A program made the translations under genes and the position numbers. The notes under the pieces were generated by a model. That model searched no databases. It saw only the letters and a list, made by a program, of their open reading frames with translations, and was not told the DNA's origin. Source: Vicugna vicugna (taxonomy: Eukaryota). From it: a DNA stretch of 64,000 nt. The stretch lies in the NCBI GenBank assembly GCA_013265495.1, contig MU058065.1:10023720-10087719 (forward strand). The letters are read 5' to 3'. Positions 50,801 through 64,000 of this stretch are shown here, piece by piece (position 1 is the stretch's first letter; each line of letters starts with the position of its first letter).

Positions 50801-53800
50801 TGAGTTCCAGGGTATAGTTGGACCTCATACACAATTAAAACTGAGATTACAAACACTGCACTCCAAAACTCCCAGTCTCTCTCTCTATTTCTTTCTGTCT
50901 TCTCTTTGTATAATAATTTTATTATCTGGGATTAGTCATTTCAACATAGTTACTAGGAGATGGGCCACAAGTTCGGATCTCTTGGATCATCTATAAAAGG
51001 TAGAGTATGAATGATCTTCATATCAGTCTTAGGATAAGAACAAAACAAAATAAAGCAAACATACCAATTAGCAAAATACCAAGAAGGGAGCAAATTGGCC
51101 AGGCAAAGGAGTGTAATAATATGTTTGGCGTAGTGCTGGTCAGATATTTACACCTGATGACTCCATATTGGCCAAATGACAGTGGGGTCTGTAATAAGAA
51201 GCAGGACCCAACTTGAACCACCAGGAAGGCAAGAAAGGAGCATGTACTAAAAGAGGATTACTGTCCAGGGCAACTAGAAAATAACCACCAATAAAATTAG
51301 ATAATAAGCTCATTCAGAGAACAAAGTGATCAGCCTCAGTTCCTAAGCCAAGTAAGGCATTATCAAATAGCTGAAGACTGGATGTAATTCAGCAGGGTAA
51401 CCACACCAAGAGCGCCGGCATGGAGGAGTGCGCGTGTAAAATGTGCTTGCGGGCAGTCAGTGGGTTCGTTTGGTGGGAACACTGTGCAGATCCAATCAAG
51501 CAAGGTCACTTCCTCTGGAAATGCTATTATTTTTATTCCCTCTTCACTTTTCCACTTCAGAGCACATTTTTAGTCTATCTTTAGAGGTTCCTATGTGGTT
51601 ACTCTTTTCCTTTGTCATAAATGATATGACACCTGCAAAAACATGTACACTTATTTTCTGAAGAGACCAGGATTGGTATAACCTGGGAAGACACAATTCA
51701 TCTAATATGAAAGACTTGGAGTGCTTGTAAAAAAAAAAAGTATTCAACCTAGGTTATCTGAGCCAAAAGAGAAGAGGGCTTGAAATTATTGCAGGCATCA
51801 GGTGGAGAACAGTGGTCTGCTGGTAATTCTAATCAAACATGAAGAACTTAGACTTGATAAAATAAATAGAACATTTTATGCTCTTTTGGGGAAAATTATT
51901 TCCAGAGAACTAATAATGTTTCTCTTCTAAATACTAAGGGAACTTAAACATGAGGCAAAATTCTGCATCGTCATTATTGTGGCTATTTTATTTTTAGACC
52001 CCATTTAATTTTTTCTAAGGACTCTGACTTCTGTTTTATATGACATAAAAAAACATTACTCTGAGACAGGAGTAGAAGAACAACAGAAATAAAGCCCCAA
52101 ATTGATTATCTTCAATTTGAACTGTCTTTTGGTATAAAAATTATTTTCCTACCCCCAAATAAATATATATTTCTAATCTTATAGGACTAATCTTTTGATT
52201 ATATAGGACTTTTCTTATTCTTTCTCTGAAGTATTTAGACATTATCCTTCCCTCTTTTTCTTGACTAGTTCACTTCCAATTAAAGCCCAGTTGAAACACC
52301 TATTAAAACCAGAAGTTAGTTTTCATTAGCAGAAATTGTGTGTTCTTTTATGACTCAGAGAGTAAGAGGGAACTTCTATCAACAATGAATTTATCAAAAC
52401 CTGCAAGCAACCACTTCCAAAGCTAAGAGAATCGAAGTGGAGGGGGTAGAGTGAATTCGTGCATCTTTCCAATAGGCTTGATAGGGCGCTAATGAGTAAA
52501 CTTTCAGGTCTGTCCTTGTGATAAATCTGAGGTTCACTACTATTCACGTACTTGTTGCATCAGCCTCATTGGATCTTATTAAGTTGAAGTACCTCATCAG
52601 GCCACATATTAAGGCAATTTTTACTTGTAGTCCTGATAGTTATTTATGTCCTCATAACCTTCTCTCTCCTTCGGTTGCAGAATTTATTCTTCTTGCCTTC
52701 TGTTCAATTAATTCCTACTAAAACATAAAATAGGAGTAAACAATAAAAACTGCTTCCAGGGAAACGCAATTTAGTGCATAATTACTACTTGGTGAGAATG
52801 TCACTAAAAAGAATCTGGGTGCTGATATCTTGAGATGAAGACTGAGGAACACCTTGGACTCCCAATAATTCTTGATCCATCTGTGGACCTGTCAAATCTC
52901 AGATTTGTTGATCAATACTGAAACAAGAGAAGAATGTGAAAACAGCACCAAATATATTTTGGAATACTGAAATTAAGTTTGATTAACAATAAAAAGCTTT
53001 TATATACTTTAAAATAACAAAGCTACATTTATATAAAATAAAAATATCTAAAATATGTTCAATTATCAATAAACTGTATATGCATATATATTGTTTCACT
53101 AACTTCATAATAACTTTATGAAGCAATACTATTCCTTTGTGGAAATAAAACTGGGAGTACACCGAATTTCTCTAAACTTCAAGTTCATATGTTTAAATAA
53201 GTGATGAACCCAAGATTTTAAGTCAAGAATGTTTGACTAAACGTCCGTGTTTTCATCCAATCTGTCATGTGGCTTCTTAACACTGAGATTTAAGTGCGAA
53301 CCAGAAGAGGAATCTTAATTTTATGAACAAATTTACAGCCTTTGAATGCAGTCAAATACATTTTACATTAAATCCAGAGAAGTGTAGAACCTAGATATTT
53401 CTTAGGAAATACCCCTCAAAAATCTACAAAAATCTTGGAGGAGCCTATTAGGCCAATAGTGATGAAAAGATTATAAAAGAGACATGAATAAGCCAAATTT
53501 TTTCATCATCCAACAAACACTGAAAACAATTAAAAATTAATTTAAAAAAAAATGTATGTCAGGGATCAAAAGGCAGCTTGTTGATATCAAGAGTCATTTT
53601 TAAATCTCATTGTTATGTCATTAAGAAGAGTCTTGCTGCTTGTGGTTTTCCTAGAAAATAAAACATTTCTCTATCATTTATAAAGTTATATTGATTAAAT
53701 ATGTTTATGCTGGTCAATCAATAATTGATGTTTGAAAGCACAGAAACTACATTCTAGTAGAGGAATAGGGATTTGTGGAACAGAGGTGCAAAAAAAAACT

Positions 53801-56800
53801 TTCCCTAGGAATACAAATGGGGAGATAGTAATTTTAACGGGAAGATTAAAGAAAGGGCTTTATACAGAAGGTGAATTTAAAGAATAAAAACAGGAAGAGA
53901 GGCAAACAACCACATAAAGAAACAGGTGCATAAGTGTTAATCTACTTCTATTACCTCCAAAAGCAAAGAGTGACGCATATTAAAGGAAACTGTGAAGAGT
54001 TTAGTTTTGCTGGAAGTTGAGGAAAAGCAACAAAATTAACATTTATTGACCATATAACATATGACAAAGATCAATATTGGTGTTTAGTACACGTTTTCTT
54101 ATTAAATTATCACAATGACCTTCCAAGTTATATATAATATAATTCTCTTCATTTTTCTAGCAAGAAACACAAGTCTGAAGATTTACTGGTATAGGTAGAT
54201 ATAGGTTGAATCAATCGTGAATACTGTGCTTGGAAGTTGATCCTCAGGCCATCAGATTCCAAATCCTGTGCTCTTCTCACCGTCTCAATTTTTCTTAAAC
54301 TTTGTCCTTCAGAACACTGTTCTCAATAGGTACTTCATTTTTTTAAAAAAGTGTTTTGTGAAAAAATTCCTTGGGGAAATATTTCACTCTATATCCACTC
54401 CCTGGCTATTCTTAATTCACACTAACATCCTTAAGGGTCTGAGAATTATAGGAAAAAAAATCTGATTAATTTTGCTTATCATATCATTTTTCAAGTGCAT
54501 TTGACCTTGGAGACTTTTTTTAAATTAAAATATAACACATATTAGTCTCCTGAAATTAGCGATTTCAGGAACATCCTATGGGAAACACTACCTTATTGGA
54601 AACTAGCATAGAGTGCATGAGTGGTGCTGTGAGATTTCAGGAGATAAAATCAAGAAACTAAAGCACCAGATCACGGAGTGCTTACAACGAAGAGCTGAGG
54701 AGAATAGACTTAATTCTGCAACCAAGCTGGAAAAAATTCTTGAAGGATTTTGGAAAAGAAAGTAATGTAGTAATCTAATACCCAGAATATCCCATGTATC
54801 TTGAATATTTAATAACACTTACAGGTATTTCAGCAATAATTTTTCAGACATCACAACTTCCATTAACATTTAGTGCCTCCAACCTCATATAGGAAAATCT
54901 GCATCTCTTGAGACGAGTGAATGCCAAACTTTACTAGAATAATGGGGCTACTGTTTTGGTCTGCCATTATCCATCTTTTAAAATAATCATTTTAATGGAT
55001 TTGTGATTTATCACAATGAAAAACTATTAAAATTAATACACAAGATAACTTTAGTGGAGGGAGCTCTAGACAATTAATAGATAAATGTTTTCACCCTTGA
55101 CATCAACTGAAGTTTGCTTTTCTATAGATTGTGTGAATTAGTTTTATTGATAAGCAATGTTTTAAATGGAAAGTTTATAGCTATTTACGTTACACCTGCC
55201 TGTGCCACAGAAGTATAAACTCTTTATAGAAAGAGACTGCTTATAATGAAGTTTTTAAAGCCACTAGAGTGCCAGAATTCCATGTAGCTCATCATTTGTT
55301 GTTGATATAATGTTACTCAAGTGTGTCATCAGAGGAGCTTCTCATAATTGTCTGGAGTACTGATTAGAACTACAGACTGTGGGGCTTCTTCCCAGATGGA
55401 CTGAAACAATATCTTGGATGGGGGAGAACAAAACATAGGCATTCAGAAAAGTTTCCAGGGGATGTAAGATTTGAAATACCCTGGCCTATTTGGTCAGAGA
55501 AGGAGGGGGAAAAAAACCATTCAAATTTTAAAAATAGTTGCACAAGATCAACAAGCCAGTGGGTCAAGACTTACTAAGCAATCATTGTGTAGGAAAACTA
55601 CATTGAGACTCCTTAAGATGCCCCCATATAGTTATAAAAGCAAAAGAAACTTAGCATAAATGAAGAAAGACAATAAACATTGAATGAAATCTTATAAATA
55701 CACAGGATACATGCATGGAGATTTTATATATAAAAGCCTCAGATTTTTGTAAATGTTGATAAATTCTTCAACCGTTGCATTTTAGTTTTTATTTTTTAAT
55801 ATTAAAGCCAAGACACAAGAATTTAGCTATATCTCAACAATCCAACCGTGTTCTTGACTCAAGGACTTGAAAAAATTCCCTCTGTCTACAAGGCTTCCCC
55901 TAATTATTTTCCTTGGGTTTTTCATAAAGCAAAGCTTTACATGTTATGATAGAATTTGAGATCACAATACCAGAGGTGGAGGAGTGAGGAAAAGAGAGAC
56001 TAAGGGGAAGCAAGAGTGAGGCAGGAAGTAGATAAAGGAAAACAAACAAACAAAAAGGTGTGTTACAAAGTTGATCATTGCTTGGTATTAAGTGCAGCTA
56101 ATGTCTCCATCTAATGGGACTGTCTTCTGAGGTCATAAAAGACAATATCTCAGGATTCATTTCTGGGATAGGAAAAGAGACACAGACTTACCGTTAAGCT
56201 CCCACTTCCCACTAGTCAAAATATACACCTTGAGGCTCTGGCTTCTTTAAGCTTCCACATTTTATGTGAATGGAAGTCAAACAATTCAGGCAGTGTCTCA
56301 TGCCTCAGCCTCAATAAAGAAGCACCGTCCAGAGTGGTTCTGGGGCAATGTTGTGTCTGCATGAAGTTGGTCAGAATCCAGATGGAGTCAGTTTACACAG
56401 CAATAGTTTGGGAAGAACAAGTGTCTAAAAGACCCACACAGGTGAGGCTGAGAGGTCCTATGGGCATGGCTTCATCTCCCAAATGTTATTTCCATGGAGA
56501 GGATTGTCTGATCCACGTACTCAGGAGTGATATTTGTTGTAGCCATTAACACTTCATGATATTATGTTACATAGTGTTTTTGCATACTATTTTCTTCTCT
56601 CACTGGGATGAGTTCAGGGACTTTGTTTAGGTCATTGCCTTCTCTCCAGTGCTCAGCACAGTACTTTAAACACAGCAGATGCTCAGGAAATAACTGTTGA
56701 AAAAAACGAGTAAATGAATTGAGTAAGTGACTTGCTTAAGGTTGTTCAGTCAATGACAGAGACCAGAGTTGAACATAGTTAACATGGATTCAAATCATTT

Positions 56801-56939
56801 AACATTATCTGGGCTGAAACAATGCTACAGAGAATTGAGTTTTAATAAAAGGAAGAAAATAAAGGCAAATGAGCAATGTTTATCTTGTGTCATAAATACT
56901 CACATAACATACCTTTATGTCTTCATTTATCTAGGTCAG

Positions 56940-57136
56940 CACTGTGTAATAGAAATTTGTGTGATGATGAAAATGTTCTATGTCTGGGCTGTACAATATG
57001 GTAGCCACTAGCCCTGTGTGACTATGGAGCACTTACAATATGGCTAGTGGGACTAAGTAACAACTTTAAATTTTATTTAAGCTTAATTAATTTAAATGGC
57101 CACATGGGGCTAGTGGCTACCATATTAGACAGTGCA
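56940..57136 (+). mobile_element. MER3 hAT-Charlie MITE
   Basis: Matches the recalled MER3 consensus: GATGATGAAAATGTTCTAT, GGTAGCCACTAGCC, AT-rich centre, GGCTAGTGGCTACCATATTAGACAGTGCA. Confidence 0.88.
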
Positions 57137-58199
57137 TATATAGGCATTTATTTATAACTTAACAAATCAATCTTTTTAATAACTTCCAACTTGACAAATG
57201 AGTCAGTTATAAAGATTTAAATCAAGTAAGAGCAACAATTTGACCCATATTTTGCATTTTAAATTTCTCCTCTAGACACTTGTATGAGAATTAAATAAAT
57301 ATATAAAGGGAGAGATTGATTTAGAACTAGAAGCGTTTGGCTGGAGGAGGGACAGAGCTCATGAAATTGTTTGAACTGTCTAAGGCATTTTATTTCTCCC
57401 TGAATTATCTGGTTGGATTCAGTACCAAGAAGACCAGGACAAATGTTCTTGCAAACGGAGTTTAAAATTTTTAACTTAAAAATTACTGTTTTTTATTCCG
57501 TTCCCCCCAAAAGTATTCTTTAAGTCTAAAGCTATCTGCTTCAACTCTGCTCAGACAGCTTGGTGACCTAGCTTGCTAGGACTGGTGTCCTGAGGGAGAG
57601 CCTGGTCTTGAGGAGGGCCCGGTGCAGTGAGCCTTCCCCAGTTCTGTGCTCAGTACCGCTCATCACACCCATCGAGGGTTGGAGGAATGTTTTTAAACTC
57701 TACATAAAACTAGCTTAATGAAAACGTGGTATGTTCTTTCATTCCATTCCAGATTTCAGTATTCCTAGAAGGAGTCAAGCTGCCCTAATCTTTTCTAAAA
57801 GTGAAATCAATATAGAGATAAGAATATTCCCTAAAATATCTCTGCTGAAAAGAACAAAGCAAAAGGCACCGGGCTGGCACCAGCCATTTTGGTTTGCATG
57901 TTTTTCACATATTAAAAGGAGAGAGTGAAAAGCATTCAGTCAAAGGAATGGAAAATAAAAATGTAATTTGTTATAATGCCAAAATAACAAGGGCAGTAAT
58001 ATGACAGCACTGAAGGAAACATGTGATAGAAAATTAGAGACAGCATTAGGCTTAACCCAATTAAGATGGCATACATTTAATGACCTCCGGAGAAAGTTAA
58101 TTTTTTAAACCACTCTCTCTCTCTCTACCTGGAAACATCTCTTTATGTCTACCTTAAATATCTCATAGTGCAATTTAAATTCATTTCCTTTTTGTGATG

Positions 58200-58450
58200 C
58201 CCAATGGAGTCAAAAGTATGGACTACTTTCCTTTGAGGGATAAGCCATAATTTGTTTAAAGATCGATAAATATGCAGCTTCTCAGATTTCTCCAGGCTAA
58301 TGACTCTGCTTAATGTTTCCTTCGAGGTCTCCATTATTGTTGTCATTCTACTCTGAACTCTGTCTAAATTCTCTGCATTCCTTTTAAGTTGATGAGCCTC
58401 ACAGTTCTTTTTTTCAGCTGCGGCTGTGAATGGCACACAGCACTCAACGA
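58200..58450 (-). mobile_element. Ancient CR1/L3-type LINE ORF2 C-terminal fragment
   Basis: Translation ECCVPF...HQLKRNAENLDRVQSRMTTIM...ETLSRVISLEK resembles the CR1 ORF2 tail EYCVQFW.P..KKD..KLERVQRRATKM...ERL..L..FSLEK. Confidence 0.6.
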
Positions 58451-59354
58451 CTAGACTTGGCTGCCATGCATGCCCTGCCATTAAACATAATCTGCACCGT
58501 GCCCGCTGCTCTGCATTCTCTTAATGCACTGCACTGGAGTGGAGTCAAGTAGGAACAGAAATGCCAAGCATCTGACTCCACTTCAGTGATATTTGTAGGT
58601 CTGTAGGTAAAAGCTGTCTTTTGAGTATTTACTTTTCCCACTTGATATTTTTTACCTTTATTTTTTGCTCCCTTCAAAGGTAAATTGCCCCAATCTGGCT
58701 GTATATGGCTTGGCTGCTGTATTTTAAAGTTTCTCCCTGTGTTGTTCCTTTGAAAGCCCTAGCAAATAGATTAGAATACCCAATTTGCTGCATTTTCCTT
58801 GCTTATTGCTGTTTTCTTTTTAAAGCCATGAGAAAATGACTTGACATGGTGCACGAATGTACGCCTTTCATTCCTATCTGTTACTTCTGACTTTTATGGC
58901 TCTATTTATTTTTCTGCAGATTATTATTTCATCAGTTATTTTCCTGTTTCCCTACTGGTTCACAGGCAAATTTCTCTTTTTCTTTCTTAAAGCTGTAAAA
59001 AAACAAGATAGTGAAGTCATGAATAGCCCGGAGCTTTTAAAGGTAGAGTGGGTATTAACTGGACTCAAGTAACTATATTATCTAGGCTGGGGAAGGTTAT
59101 TGAATTTGGACAACTGGGCACAAGTACAGTAAAGAAGGAAGATTGTGAATAAGCAAAAGCTGTTATCTCTCTAAATGTTACTTCTGTCTTCCCTCTTATG
59201 AATATGGTGTAATGAGCTACAAATTCTCACTCAATTTGTAATTTTCTATGGAGTAACTGAGGTTATAACTGGGAAATTTTCTTGGTATTTTCAAATTAAG
59301 CACTTAATTGTGACTTGTCCAATGGTTTACACTTGATGACCATAAGAACACACT

Positions 59355-59395
59355 AAAGAATATTGCCTTAAAAAAAAGAATATTGCCTTAAAAAA
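59355..59395. repeat. Tandem duplication, 20-bp period
   Basis: AAAGAATATTGCCTTAAAAA occurs twice in tandem. Confidence 0.9.
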
Positions 59396-59903
59396 TTAGT
59401 TGATCTGTGCAATATATTATGTGTTGTCAAGGCATGTCTTCAACAGAAATAGTTTGAGGTCTTTTAATTTCACAATTTCTCGAGTAATTTTCACTTCAAG
59501 CTTTGAAATGCTGTTAATTTTCACTTATTTTAGTACAATTGTCATAATTCATTATTTTTTGTTAGGAGGTCTATTATATTTACAGTTAAATTTAGTTTAT
59601 TTTGTTTTTGTTTAGTGTTCTTCCCAATAATTATTCCCTTCTGTAATTGTCAATATTAGATTACTATGGAGAACAACATATGCTATCATGACAAAAATTA
59701 ATCTAATAAAAATAAATAATATTTTACATGCAGTTCAGACAGATAAAGCTTGCACTGCTAGTTTTTCTGCTAGACTAAGTGAATTATTCAACCAGACACT
59801 AAAATTGATTCTTAAAATAGAGGCATTGTTGCGGTTCTAAAAATGGCAAGGGGTCTATGCTTAACATAATTGACATTACCTATAAAAAAATATGAGGCAA
59901 TTT

Positions 59904-60141
59904 ACTCGCTGAAGGCTCGGAGTGATGGTTAGCATTTTTTAGCAATGAAGTATTTTTTAATTAAGGTATGTACATTTTTTTTAAGACAATGGTATTTGGA
60001 GACTTGCTAGATTATGTTACAGTGTAAACATAACTTTAATACACACTGGAAAACTTAAAAAAAAAATGTGTGTCTCTCTTTAATATTCACTTTATTTCGG
60101 TGCTCTGGAACCAAACCTTCACTATCTTCAAGGTATACCGG
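59904..60141 (+). mobile_element. Tigger1 3' terminal fragment
   Basis: CTCGCTGAAGGCTC...GATGGTTAGCATTTTTTAGCAAT...CTGGAACCAAACC...AGGTATACC matches the recalled Tigger1 right end. Confidence 0.85.
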
Positions 60142-63100
60142 TGATGATAAGTTACTGCAATTATGATGGGTACTACTAAGGAAAGGCAAGTAGGGCTGGT
60201 AGTACCTATTTCTGGGACCTAGCCGAATCTCATGTTTAAGTGCAGCCACACGCAAGGAAGCGGCATTTAAATTGGGATTTAAAGCAAGAGGGGGCGGCAT
60301 TAGCCTGATAAAGAACTAGGGAAGTGTTTCAGTCAGAATAAAGAGCTGAAGGGTCTGCAATCCAGAGTTGCTTGGAATGATCCAGGAATGATCTATAGTC
60401 CAGTGAGATCATGAGAGGCTCTTAAATTTCTTTTTTATGTAACTTACCTGATTGGAAACTCCCTAGCATTGTTTAGGATCTTCTTCTTCTTCTTTTTTTC
60501 ATGTTTAATGCTTACTTAATATGTAGTATTGTGTATGACAGAGACAAAATAATCGCTGAATTGAAGTCTGGCTATTTTAGGTGGGAAGGTCCAACCTGAT
60601 TATGCCTTCCTAAGTATCAAACTTAGCCATAACTATATTTTCATTTGACAAAAAATGCTCATGCTCATTTATATGAATAATAATTCATTGACTGCCAGGC
60701 TGAAGCCATCAGGAATTACAGGAATCTCATGGGCCTATTCCATATTTCAAAATTTGTTATTGTTTGTAGTTAATAGCTGTTCAAAAAGTACATTTGTACT
60801 TACTGCTCTATTCTTTACCAAATCAATTGAAGTATCTCCAGCTGAAAATATTTCTCAAAACATGTGGCGTTTTAAAAAATTAAACCTATATAGTTTGCAT
60901 CTTTCTTTTCAATCCCCTAAAGACTTCTCAGCTTAAATTTGTCAAATTATTTTGTCTAACATTTTGTTTTGAAAAAAAAAAGAAAATGAAGATTGCTGAG
61001 CTGTCTTCCAGAGGCACTATCACTAAACAATGTGCTCATTATTTCAAGTTTAAACATGAACAGATGTGGATTTTTACTTATTTATTTCAGCTAAGAACTA
61101 CCACTATCATAAGTAATTATACAGACATCCTGCTTTAAGCCAAAGGACTCAATAAATGTTTATTGTAATTGTCCTTAGTGGTCACTCCTAAATTAATCTT
61201 TGCTACTCCTACTACTGACCTTTAACGTAGTTCCTTAAATATAGAATTTAAAAGGAAAATTAGCAACTGTAGCATAGCTATCAAAAATCAAGTTGTTTTC
61301 GTTTTTACACTTCCTTGGTATATTGTAAACACTAATTACTTATTCCATATGTTTTGTGAGCGCACAAAACATTAAAAGAACTTTCTTGATTGTGTAGCTT
61401 AAAAGCTCTATTGCAAAACAGCAAATACATTAAGACTAAAATCTATCAAGTCAACCATCATTTTAAATGAACGGGGTGGGGGAAAAGTGTGACAAACAGA
61501 GGTACTAAAATTGCATCTTTTAAATCGGTAACATCAGTACAGTTGAAGTCGGCTCTAATTGAAATGCACTTTCATGTATTCAATTCATTCCAAACACAGG
61601 CTTTATGCAATTACCTCGTTAGTCAAAAATGGGCAAACATGAAAACACATTATTTCCGCTGACATTTAAAAGTTTGGATATTATTGACATACACTGATTG
61701 ATTGATTGCCTGGTCTCTGCAGATATATCCAATTTTTCAGGAGCAAAACTGTAAATCTGCCTGTGGATTTCTGTTCTATTATGATTTTATTTTGGTAGAA
61801 TGTCATGCTTTCTCTTCCTTATAACACTTTCTTATCTCATTATATCCTGTTATTTCATTTTCCTTGGCTCTCTCTTTTTACCAATCTGGCTCTCAGCTTT
61901 TTTGTGATTTAAAATCTTCCCAACCTAACAAAGAACTTTACTCTTTCATTTTACTCTTTCTTGTTTCATTGTTCACATTGGCTCTCGGTTTTACCTGACA
62001 CTCAGTCCTATAAAACAATATAGTTATTTCGATTATCTGAAATGTTTATTCTAATATATTGAACAAAGAAAAAACAATGCTGACTGAAATATAATATGAT
62101 CTTTCTGCAATTGTAACCACTGGCACGATCCTTTTTCGCTTTATTGATACGGCAATTTAAACTTATTACTTTTTATTTTAATTCTGCTCCAGCTCTCTAA
62201 ATATCAAACATTTCATAGTTATATTTTCACATTATTATTAATAATTCCTTAATAATTTAATATTTGTCTCATTCTTTCTTCCAAATATGAATGAATGCTG
62301 CCTGACATTTTCAAGATTCCTACTTCCTGACATGCTTAATGGATTAACTTTAATAGAGGTTCATGATGCAGGTATTATATGAGAAACAGTGTAAGACTGC
62401 TTTCTCTTCCACTGGCTGATTCAGTGTCTGTAGTTTTGACTGTTAATGAATTATGGAACCACGTTAACATGAAACGGTTATCAAAATTTCTATCAGCCAT
62501 TTCAAGAATATTCTTAGCCTAGAACAGAGTCCTAAGGGGCTAGACTATAAATCATTTTTGCTTTGTTGGTGTTGTTTATTATTATTATACTGGATAGATG
62601 TGGATAAAATGTTATCACAGAAGAAAACTGTTTGCTCTCCAGGGTAGCGAAGGATTGGAAATAGCTGAGATATTACTCCTGAGGGAAACACTGAAGAGAC
62701 ATTATTTATTTTCTAATTTTGCTTGAACATGACAATGGAAGACAGGGACCTGTTTTTACTTTTCCTCTGTACCTCCCACTATTCCACGTTGAGTATCTCA
62801 TGTCTTCAACTCTGGACATCCCTCTGTCTCCTATATTTCTTTGTTTTTCTCATTTTCCTGTGATTCTGATTTAGAATTTATCTCTAACAAGTAATATAAA
62901 TATTTGGAAAAACATTTTGGCATAAATGATTGTAATCTTACCCCATGTCCAACAGACAAGACTATTTCTACACATGACCACACTTATACTTACAATTCAG
63001 TTCGTTGGAGTAACTACCAATTCTAACATGGTACTATTCCCCTCTCCCCTGGAAATAATAAAGTTATATGGATATTGGTTTCCCTCCTGATTTTTGTTGA

Positions 63101-64000
63101 TATTTCTTTGCTCATTGAACCATGTGTCTCTAAGATCAAGTATTCACCTTGATTTTGTTTCCTAATATAACACTTTCTAAAATAACACTTGCCTTTCTTA
63201 TACTGATGTATCAAGAACATGTCGGTCAAAATTAAGTTAATCTAATTTTGTTCTTCCTTTCTTCATATTTGAAATCCTAACACTCATTTTTTATTTTAGA
63301 ACTGTATCCAACAAAGCTTTATGAAAACAGAACTTGATTAAATTAATTGTAATCGTTTTCCATTGGAACAATCCAGTTTTTCCATCATATTAACAAAAAA
63401 AGTGAAATCTTTTAAAAATGTTAAATGCGTTATTAATAAGTAAAATTAGAACATACAAAATATTCTACTATATATAATTATAACCACATAGAAAATTTCT
63501 GGAAGAATAAACAATAAACTATTAAGGGTGTTAAATTCTCTTGAGCAGAGAACTTAAAACCTAGACTAGGAAAAGATTTATTATTGTATGTTCTTCATTG
63601 TTTTACTTAAATGGTTTGGCTACCACAGTAAAGCAAGCAATTGGTTTTTATTTTTGAATAATGAATAATGAAGATCACTGAACAGCACATGACACATGTG
63701 ATACAAATGTGTTATCTTGAACAGTAACAAAACTACCAAGATAGCCAGAAAACATATTTGCTGAAGAAAAACATGTTTTCCAGAATGTACTGACATCATA
63801 CACATAAAGAGACACAGATGAACACACAGTTGCATTATAGTTCAAATATTTGCTAATAATTTGATCATCATTTGTAATATGATTTCACAGATCTAACATC
63901 GTTACTGAAAAATCTGAATCATGGACACTAATTCTTATTTAGAAAAATATACTAATCTTTTGAAGTGTGATAGTATCGATTTGTTTCTCATATTGTTTAT

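Noticed and set aside
35137..60141. Long-range inverted similarity between ~35140-35310 and ~59905-60070
   Set aside because: Explained by two independent, diverged Tigger1-family insertions in opposite orientation, not one giant element.

Overview
Mammalian genomic DNA (AT-rich and full of ancient eutherian repeats). One tRNA-Ala-derived SINE resembles the camelid Vic-1 family, so the source is probably a camelid. The only protein-coding gene I can support is the 5' part of TMEFF2 (tomoregulin-2/TENB2/HPP1) on the minus strand. It has a CpG-island promoter (~28.1-30.0 kb) and coding exons 1-4 at 28231-28402, 25818-25927, 18021-18150 and 13495-13521. These splice in frame to 146 codons: signal peptide, first follistatin/Kazal module and a Ser-Gly linker. 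Positions 1-13494 are intron 4, and the remaining exons lie outside the window. Positions ~30-64 kb are upstream intergenic DNA with transposon relics. The best observations are about regulation and isoforms: an open intron-4 read-through tail matching the secreted short TMEFF2 isoform, apparently with a 1-nt frameshift relative to human; a stack of overlapping uORFs, one frame ending 2 nt before the start codon; a rare GAG splice acceptor; a 27-nt Ser-Gly microexon; and a CR1/L3 fossil that still reads as protein. I found no evidence of a wholly new biological system. Repeat names and comparisons with human come from recalled consensus sequences, not from a search.
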